Positions 54,991 to 64,000 of a stretch of DNA of 64,000 bases are shown one piece after another. Source of the DNA: Octopus vulgaris (Eukaryota). The stretch's first letter is position 1. Every line of letters begins with the position of its first letter. The translations under genes and the position numbers were made by a program. Location: contig OX597814.1 in assembly GCA_951406725.2 (NCBI GenBank), positions 41,478,001 through 41,542,000 of the forward strand. Reading direction: 5' to 3'. The notes below the pieces were generated by a model. That model did not search any database. It was not told where the DNA came from and saw nothing but the letters and a program-made list of their open reading frames with translations.

Positions 54991-56264
54991 TTGTGGTAAC
55001 TGCGCAGAAAATATTTTAGACATTTGTTAATAATGCTTATCTCCATAACTATTTTAGAATGTGGATGTCAGTGAAATACTTAGCAATAATATTTCGAGAA
55101 CCATTGATGTTGCTATCAGTATCGGAGAAGAATGTATCCTCCGTATTTTGCACGCTGAGATTCATTAAAATATCTATGTATTAGATATTCCTAACATCAA
55201 AAGGATACTTTTCATATCGCTATGGTATTCTTATATACGAAAAATACCTTTCCGAGCTGCTCATATTTCAAAAATATGGCGTTGAAAAACAGTATTTTGA
55301 GCATTAGAATATTGCATAGCATTAGGCAACTGTTCCAGTATTGCCTTTCATTCTCCTGTCTTCGAAGAAGTCACGTAAAGATTTCGATATAATTGACTGT
55401 ATTAAAGAACGAGCTTACCATGGTCAATGACCCCTTTATGCATGGAAATATGCATATGTATTGAATCTATCCTTTCTTTATTACTGGTTAATGATATTCG
55501 CTTTCTTTCCTTTTCATTTAATTATTTCATGTGACACGCATCAGTTTTTGTCATATCGTTCGATAGTAATAAGAGAAAGAAACACGTGACTTCAACAATT
55601 CAAGTTGTTATTCTGTCATGAATGCAAGAAACCGTTAGAAAGAATCATGCACAGATCCCGGGACAACATTTCTTATTGCACCCAATCAACTATTCGTCAA
55701 AAAACAAAGAAAATACTGGTTTTCTGTTTGAAAGTCTCCGAAGAATATCATCCGTAATGTTATTACGTTGTATATTCATAAAAATAGAATCGTTGTTGAC
55801 AAAGGAACAAAAATATATTGTACGTAAAAGCGTACCCACATTTTCTTATAATCTATATTTACACACACACACACACACACACAGAGTCCTACAGACAAAC
55901 ACTCACACACTTAAGCACGCACAGAGTCCTACAGACAAAGGCTCATAGACGCAAGCATACGTAATCATATATATGTACTGAGGAGATATACATATAGGAA
56001 ATTATAGAGAAAATATAATTATATGAGTGACGTATTCTATGGCATAATTGATGAAGCTTATTGGACGCACCCCAATATCAGTAGCGCATACTAAACCATC
56101 TCTTGTAGGTCAAAAGTGATAATGGTTTGAAGGGTATTTTCAAGGATGTCGCTCGTATACCATGAAATACGATAAGCATACATGTGTATGGTTATTTCTT
56201 TGATATATATATATATATAACGCGCGCAAGCACACACACACATGCACGCACACACGAACACAAA

Positions 56265-57300
56265 TAGGGTGTTGTGAATAAATTGTTGTCTAAATTACGC
56301 AAAAATGGAAAGGACTTTGAATTCTCATTTCACTAACATTCCATAAAATTATCCTGAAATACTAAAGAGTAAATTTACTTAATAAAATCACTATCGGCTT
56401 CTATCACGGCTCCAGAAGATTTCAGAAATTTGTGCAACTTTTCTGAACGGTCACCTTGTTTATCTTGGCGAATGCTGCTATAGTCCTTGCCTTCAGATTA
56501 TTGTCACTAGAAATTGTCCACAGCCATGACTGGGTTTTCTTGATCTTGTGGCAAGGTGCTCAATCATGGTGCAAGACACAAATCATCCAGTACCCAACCT
56601 ATTGACCGAAGGCAGCACTACCTCTTCCATATTTTATGTAGGCCTCCGTGTTACGTCTTCGGTTATGTGGGAAGACGAATTGAGACAGAACTTCACCATC
56701 ATTAGCGATCACTCCAAACACGATGATGTTGACTGACTGTTTGATTTTTATCATTCTCGGATTTTTATCATTCTGGGGACACGGGAAGTCAACAATTGTT
56801 CTGTGTATTCACCATCTGATCCTGGAAGAAATTCTTCTCGTCTGAGAAATATCAAAGGATGTTCGGTTTCAAGGGATGCTTGAGTCAGTTCAAAAGCTTC
56901 GTAGCGCAGTTTTTCCTCTTGTCGTTGATAGAATGGGATAAAAATTGACCGTTTCTCATCTTGTATGAAGAATAGCGAATCTCTTCATGCACCATCTGCA
57001 CGGTGATGAACCTGATTCACTTGGAGAGATTTATGTCAATCATGGCCTGGATCTCATCAACAAATTCAGAAGTTCTTTTCTAATCAGAACGAGTGAGTTG
57101 GCCGAGCTACTGTTCCTCCGTAATCCCCATTAGACTCACTCATCCAACGCTTTCCGAATATCATGCACTGTCCTCAGATTGACACCCAAACACTCTGAAT
57201 TGTTCTATTGGAGCTTCCGGTGCGAATATAACCCAGTACTGCGTGTCTTTTACAAATCACTGTCAGAGTGATATGCTTCACGGTGGTGTTTGTCTCTAGG
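56265..57300 (-). mobile_element. Decayed Tc1/mariner-superfamily transposon (DD37D/maT-like)
   Basis: Minus strand: SDEKNF (~56830-56847) and KIKQSVNIIVFGVIANDGEVLSQFVFPH..NTEAYIK (~56630-56748). Confidence 0.6.
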
Positions 57301-57301
57301 C

Positions 57302-57422
<121 letters not shown>

Positions 57423-57636
57423 TAATAAAAGGAATACCAACCTTGTCTGATTTTCACGTTTTATTTACAATCTTATAATGATATATTATAAGATAATATA
57501 ATAGAATAGAATAAAATAAAATAAAATAGTAGAACCTTAAATGTTCATTCTGATTGAACTTGTACTTTCATGCATTAAATTCTGCAATCTTCAGGTTCAT
57601 GTAGTAGTGATGACAGTTACGCTTCACAATTTTTGA

Positions 57637-57672
<36 letters not shown>

Positions 57673-57717
57673 AAATGAATGTATGGAGTCGAACGAAAAT
57701 GATAACAAAATTCCTTT

Positions 57718-57801
57718 ACTCTCGACATATGTTTCGAAGACAACATGTTTTCATTCCAAAGGAATAAAGGGTGCATTATGCAATCTTCTCATCAGGACAG
57801 A
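57718..57801 (-). ncRNA. Type I hammerhead ribozyme (predicted), second copy
   Basis: Minus strand: ctgtc CTGATGA gaagat.gcat...atgt.gtcttc GAAAC atat GTC gagag; compensatory changes relative to the 49161-49250 copy; stem I has one G.G mismatch. Confidence 0.7.
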
Positions 57802-58081
57802 ATGGGAACCTCTCTCGACAACAAGACAAACACAAATTTCGATGACAGCCTACATGGTAAACAAAGCGATAATGAGTGTTTTTAAAAAAAAAAACCGTTA
57901 GAAGAATTGACGCCAAAGATAGATAGTAGGAAGAGAAGGGTTAAAGGAATAATAGGTAGAGAACAAGTGGAGATTGAAGGGTACGTAGATTGAAAGAATG
58001 TTCGAAGGCTTGGGAAAGAATTTGTCTATAGAAGTGGGGTGGACGTAAAGCTAATTGTTCAAACCACAGTGATTATCGTTA

Positions 58082-58459
58082 TCATTTATATGAGTAGAAA
58101 GTGTGTTTCTGCCAGTGTTTACATTTGTATGATTTTTCTATGAGTGTGTTTACTAGGGGAACCTTAGAGAAAAGAGTATGGAAGAGTTTAGAGTTACACA
58201 TGTTACAAAATCTCCTGCCCTTATCAAAAGGAAAGGATACAGAGAGTATGAACCATTCTAACTTGAAATTTGCATTGTTGTCTTTAAGAAACCACACTAA
58301 TTTACTTAGCCCTGTACTATTTCGTTTTTTATTATCCCTGATTGTTGAATAGTGGTTTGAAATCCTCTTGGATAACCGGGAAGTGGACGCTCCTATATAG
58401 AAGAAGACATCGGTACCGGAAGAATTTTCAATGCTGACGATAAACATATGATAATTCAT
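58082..58459 (-). pseudogene. Penelope-like GIY-YIG endonuclease C-terminal fragment
   Basis: FYIGASTSRLSKRISNHYS..STGLSKLVWFLKD..LEWFIL..CNMCNSK..LVN..KCKH, the PLE YIG..R..NH..T.LS..W.LK..W.IL..C.LC..LN..C.H pattern. Confidence 0.78.
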
Positions 58460-58522
58460 TCACCTACTTAATATATATATATATATATATATATACTCGT
58501 TTGTAAATAGTATTATGTATAT

Positions 58523-58725
58523 GCGCAATGGCCTAGTGGTTAGGGCAGCGGACTTGCGGTCGGAGGATCGCGGTTTCGATTCCCAGACCGGGCGTTGTGT
58601 GTGTTTATTGAGCGAAAACACCTAAAAGCTCCACGAGGCTCCGGCAGGAGGTGGTGATCCCTGCTGTACTCAAAAGGCGGTGCTCCAGCATGGCCGCAGT
58701 CAAATGACTGAAACAAGTACAAAAA
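58523..58725 (+). mobile_element. tRNA-derived SINE, chimeric 3' end
   Basis: A-box tggcctagtggtt and B-box ggtttcgattccc; matches the inverted copy 60010-60158 up to ctgtactc (58671), then switches to aaaggcggtgctccagcatggccgcagtcaaatgactgaaac, related to 45560-45605. Confidence 0.8.
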
Positions 58726-58834
58726 AAAAACAAAAAAACCCTCAATGTCTTTCTTATGCTAGCGAAATTGTTACGTTGCATTCTAATAAAAGCACGTGGC
58801 CTTGTTTACAGTGTATTTCGTTTATAACGGTGTT

Positions 58835-58850
58835 TATTATTATTATTATA

Positions 58851-58895
<45 letters not shown>

Positions 58896-58896
58896 G

Positions 58897-58960
<64 letters not shown>
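58835..58960. repeat. (TAA)n microsatellite
   Basis: Directly visible. Confidence 0.95.
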
Positions 58961-58961
<1 letters not shown>

Positions 58962-59544
58962 TTAAACACACCAGTTAGAGTATTAAGTTATAGTTTCATT
59001 GTGCATATAGACTTTCATAGACATTGATATATTCTTATTATTATTTTTTTTCTTTTTCGTCTCTCTCACCACTATTATTGTTGTTGATATCAGTCTCCCG
59101 TTCACAACTTGCATGGTACGTTACCATATTTCCTTTATTATACTATCTGTGTTCTCCGATTGTATTTCATCTTCCTTTTTATTTTATTTTATTTTCATCT
59201 CATTTTACTCCATCGTATTAAATTTCTTTGATGTCCTTCAAAAGATACCTCACTTATGAGAATGACAATGCAGATATTAAATTTTAAATATTATTTTGTC
59301 TTTTATTTTTTTATATTCTTTTTAATATTTTTAAAATTAAATTTTTAGTCTTAATTTTAATTTTCCAATTTTCAATTATAATTATAATCACTATAATTAA
59401 CATTTTTTCTTTAAATATTAGCATTTTTTTTCGAAACATACGTATGCATTGAATCCAGTTTTATAATAAACATAATTCTGTCTCAACATCTTTTCTCCAG
59501 TTTTATACTTATTTATGGTATATTTTTATACCCATACCGAATCT

Positions 59545-59590
<46 letters not shown>

Positions 59591-59929
59591 CGCTATGGTT
59601 AGGTTTATACATTTAGTTTTTCCAAATAAACAAAGGCACTATATAATTGTTCTTCACTCCTTCATCACTGTTTGTTTTTCTATATTTTAACTACTCACAA
59701 TCGACTGGAATCTTTCCTCATACATCTGTGAACACTTCAGTGACATTTTACGTTTTCGTGTGTGCTCTTGCAATGTACATTAGTTAATATATATTAAAAA
59801 TGATATCAGTAATTTACGAGTAAAGAACTAATATATAGTGAGTGTGTTTATATTGCAAAAAAAGATAAATACATAAAAATGACCATACTGAAAGACAATA
59901 ATGTGTGTTTCAACAAATGACTTCACATT

Positions 59930-60158
59930 ATTTTAGCCTTCAATGACGCCACGCCGCTAGCTAAGTGAGCAGGCCACAGAAGAAAGAGTGGGAGAAAGTT
60001 GTAGCGAAAGAGTACAGCAGGGATCGCAACCCCTTGCCGGAGCCTCGTGGAGCTTTAGGTGTTTTCACTCAATAAACACTCACAAAGCCTGGTCTCGGAA
60101 TCGAAACCGCGATCCTACGACCGCGAGTCCGCTGCCCTAAGCACTAGGCGATTGCGCC
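59930..60158 (-). mobile_element. tRNA-derived SINE, same family as 58523
   Basis: Reverse complement ggcgcaatcgcctagtgcttagggcagcggactcgcggtcgtaggatcgcggtttcgattccgagacc..ctccacgaggctccggca..gatccctgctgtactc. Confidence 0.82.
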
Positions 60159-60203
60159 TATATATGTATGTATGTATGTATGTAAATATGTCTACGCACA
60201 CAC

Positions 60204-60238
<35 letters not shown>

Positions 60239-60294
60239 GTATATTTATGTATATGTATGTAAGTACATATGTATACGCACACACACATACATGC

Positions 60295-60343
<49 letters not shown>

Positions 60344-60344
<1 letters not shown>

Positions 60345-60510
60345 GCGGTGAGATGGCAGAAATGTTAGCGCGCCGGGCGATTACCTTTCATCCTTTCGGG
60401 GTCGATAAATAAAGTACCAATTTCGCACTGGAGTCGATGTAATCGATTTCATCCCTTTGTCTGTCCTTGTTTGTCCCCTTTATGCTTAGTTCCTTGTGGG
60501 TAGTAAGGAA

Positions 60511-60512
<2 letters not shown>
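60344..60512 (+). mobile_element. tRNA-derived SINE with internal deletion
   Basis: ggcggtgagatggcagaaatgttagcgcgccgggcg then cctttcatcctttcggggtcgataaataaagtacca..gcactggagtcgatgtaatcga; related copies at 9415, 32535, 43270, 48385. Confidence 0.7.
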
Positions 60513-60575
<63 letters not shown>

Positions 60576-60579
60576 TATT

Positions 60580-61600
60580 GCAGAAATAAAGGTTTAGTCC
60601 CCAACGACATTCTTGCTGACATGCTTGCTACACTAGGTGATGACGCTCTATCTCTTTCAGCAGCGCAAATTTCGACAGCAGAAAATTTCGACAGTGTGGA
60701 AGAGATATCTTTGAATGTGATCTAAGATCTCAATGCGTTGCAATCGTCAAAACCATGAGAATTATTGACCCTCTTCATCACATCTGTTTAAATACTATGG
60801 ACTATATTGCGGTTCCTGTGAGTGAGAGGAGAATATTCAACACTAAACGTTACTTGGTGAAGTCTCTGTTCCGTTGGCACCACGTTTTCTGACACCAGGC
60901 TAATGACATCATGAAAAGTTTTCACTTTCTTTAAGGCACATCCAGCTGATTTCCTGGAACGTTTCCTAACATAGTAAGCGTTTTGGCTTCATCACTTTTA
61001 GCCAGAGTTAAAGTGCCAATCTATATCGTAGAAACGTCCTCCTTACCTCTTCCAAAGTACGCGAACGTTGTTATATCTGAAGGGGAAAGGCTAGTATGCA
61101 AAGGCCGTCGTGTTTATTGACAGCCTTTAAAACGGCCTCACTATTTTCGGAGAGTAATATGCCAATTTGCTCAGGTAGTTATGAAAGTCTTGCAAAAAAC
61201 AGCAGCCAGGTAACCTGACGAAAGATTTCTGGTATCACGTGGACAATCCTCCAACATACAAGTCCCTAGTATAAATGAATGCTGCGCATGACAGTGATCT
61301 GGTTCTGATCTTGTTGATAAGTCTTCTTATTCACCTAATTTGTCCCCTTCTGATTATCATCTCTCCTCCAACATGAAAGAAAACTTGACTGAGGATCAAT
61401 ATCGCAGATATGATGACGTAATATCTGCTGTTGATGAGTTTTTGACCAACAAGATGAACGTTTCTTCACCATTGGGATCAAAGCACTACAACAACAATTG
61501 TAAAACTGTGTCGACAACGAGGCGAAACACGTTGACAAAAAATCTCATTCGTCACATTCCTTGTATGTACATCAGTATACTAAGTTTCAGGCGGACCTCA
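60580..61600 (+). mobile_element. Decayed mariner transposase remnant
   Basis: KGLVPNDILADMLATLGDDALS (N-terminal HTH region) and SYSPNLSPSDYHLSSNMKENL..YDDVISAVDEFL (ORF 61340). Confidence 0.72.
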
Positions 61601-61806
61601 TGTTTATATGTGTACATCTATATATATATATATATGTGTGCGTGTCTGTGTTCGTATGTATGCATATATGTACTTATTTATCTACCTCTCTGTCTGTATA
61701 CCTGAATAATGACATATGCATATAGATGTGTATATATGCCATTATATATGTTTATATATACACCGCCAAATTCCCAGTTACACACACACACACACATACA
61801 TATATA

Positions 61807-62189
61807 TCTCTCTCTATATAAACGGCAGTTTGTCTGTGCGTTTTCTGTGTGTCTGTTTTCTCGTACCCTCACTCTGACCACGGCTTTCAACCGATTCTGA
61901 TGAAACTTGACACACACATAGCCCAATGTCATAATTCAAAACTAACGCAGCGAAAATTTTGAAAAGTTCCCCCACTTCTGAAAAAGATCGATAAATTCGA
62001 CATGGGGTCGAGAATCTGAAACCCAAACCACAGACCGTCTAGGGGACGCAACTCCACCTTTTTTATCCCTCAAAAAAAATTTACCATCATTTTTTTTCCA
62101 TTTTTTTGCTATTTTTTGGCTATAACTCTCTAAAAATGCTTTATAGTTATTTCCCTTACAAACCTGAGCAACGCCGGGCGATACTGCTA

Positions 62190-62190
<1 letters not shown>
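61807..62190 (+). mobile_element. Non-autonomous Helitron
   Basis: 5' A|TC start in (TA)n; 3' subterminal GC hairpin cctgagcaacgccggg followed by terminal CTAG|T at 62187-62191; no TSD. Confidence 0.72.
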
Positions 62191-62236
<46 letters not shown>

Positions 62237-62490
62237 TATATATATGTATGTATATATGAATATATGTATGTATCTATATATCAATTTATCTATATGTGTG
62301 TGTATGTGTGTGGGTATACATGAAAACATACATGCGTACATACAAAATACATGAATATACGTGTAGCAGCTACACAAGGTTTTATGTTTGCGTGTACAGA
62401 GTATTGATTGTCGTTTTATCCTACCACATGTAACATTTATCGATCTATTGATTTTTATTTGCTAGCATGTATTAATTTACACCCACACAC

Positions 62491-62535
<45 letters not shown>

Positions 62536-64000
62536 CATATATATGTACGTGCATATAGTGTGTATGCATGAGTGTGCTTTCGTGTGTGGACGTTTGTATG
62601 TATATAACACACGCTTACTTTTGTATATAAATGTTCGTGTGTATATAAGTGTGCATGTTATTTTGTTTGATATATATTTGTTTAATGTTTGCTTACATGC
62701 ACACACTTGCTATAACACATGCATTAATTCATAAGAGAACCATCCCCAACAATATATAGCTTGACCCAAGTACAAACATTGACTCAATATGAATCATATG
62801 AGTATATCAATAATTTACAGAATGGCTTTCATCTACATAGATACAAGTAAAAGATATTATAATTATCCATGTTGTCATAATTTGTGTCTTGTTGTCTTCC
62901 TATTCATTCATGATTATTGAGTTCATAAATTATGATAGACATAAATGAACCAGCCCAAGTGATATATTGAATATACGTATTCCATTTAAATGTCCCTGTC
63001 ATCGGTATTATACTTTATTAATATTCTTCATGAAAAAGCGATAGATAGGCAGACGTTATTGAACATCAGATTATAAGTTGTTCACTGTATGTTTACACAG
63101 TTTAACGTTCAAATCCGATAGGGTTCGATTTTTTTCTTCCCTGATGTCAGATTACAAATATGGGGACATATATTGATATTTTATTCTCTTTTGCTATCAT
63201 TCTGTTTGCATTCAACCGGCAAAAATAGATTAAATACTATCCGAAACCTAAATATATTACAAGAACTGGCCTATGGCTTTGAACTGGTAACAATATTTCT
63301 GTAATGCAGAAAATCATTTACATCTATTTATGTATATGCACGTTGTATATGCATATATATGGAGAATTTCGACATGTATCTTTTAAGTACTACTCATTGC
63401 AGCGATATGATATTCGAGAGGGACCCACCCCGATAAATATTTAATATTTACTCTTCGACATTCATATGCATGTTAAATATGTAAATAATTCCGAAAAAAA
63501 TCACATCTAACAAACAAGAATTAAAACAGTAAATGCTGGACTAATCTATGTTTCTTCAAAACAACGTCACGTCGTGCTTTTAAGGTAATTTCTTTGAAGG
63601 AGATACTAGCAAATTATCTTGTTGAAGTCAAATCGGTGTTTGAATGCTCATCATTTCTAAGAAGTTAAGATACAAAACTGACGTGTTGAATGAAAAGGTC
63701 TTTAAAAGTTATAAATTTCTCTTGAAAATTTAAAGAATTCTTGAAAATTAAGGAAATGGATATATGATAGACTTACATGCTGAAAATATTATTTTTGTTA
63801 AATGCTTTTAATCATAACTAAACTGATTCCAAAATTCACGATATGCTGAAAAAGTTATAAATAATATATTTGTAAAGTGTGTGTTATGAATTAATGTGCA
63901 CAATGAATATGGATAACAATTGAACAAAACAGAAATATCACGTCAAATCTTCTATGGAATTATAATTCGGTACTTAGATATGTCCATTTGGTCGTAACGC

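Larger units (their letters stand above)
57680..58465 (-). mobile_element. 3' part of a Penelope-like element: GIY-YIG C-terminus plus terminal repeat with hammerhead
   Basis: ORF 58082-58459 followed on the same strand by the hammerhead motif at 57718-57801; flanked by (TA)n. Confidence 0.8.

Noticed and set aside
58523-58595. tRNA gene
   Set aside because: A and B boxes are present but the sequence continues into a SINE body, occurs in a second diverged copy and lacks a clean cloverleaf; called as a SINE head

Overview
AT-rich eukaryotic genomic DNA dense in microsatellites, with no host gene that I can support. The SINE and repeat vocabulary resembles that of coleoid cephalopods (Octopus), but that is recall, not proof. 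The window is almost entirely transposable elements. (i) 11.3-28.0 kb is a same-strand (minus) pile-up of about a dozen 5'-truncated R4/Dong-type RLE non-LTR retrotransposon fragments from several families, separated by (TAA)n tracts, plus one non-coding TAA-tailed passenger. (ii) A decayed Penelope-like element (RT + GIY-YIG) lies at 28.3-30.5 kb. Two further Penelope-type termini at ~49.2 and ~57.7 kb carry type I hammerhead ribozyme folds with compensatory base changes. (iii) A near-intact full-length CR1-like LINE (36.65-41.3 kb, minus) has an ORF1 with a Myb/SANT-like N-terminus and two CCCH fingers; a 5'-truncated relative lies at 50.7-52.8 kb (plus). (iv) Two long-inverted-repeat (foldback/MITE) elements lie at 35.6-36.6 and 54.07-54.99 kb. 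(v) The rest comprises Tc1/mariner remnants, an RTE 3' end, a non-autonomous Helitron and tRNA-derived SINEs. Most ORFs in the supplied track are microsatellite or antisense artefacts.
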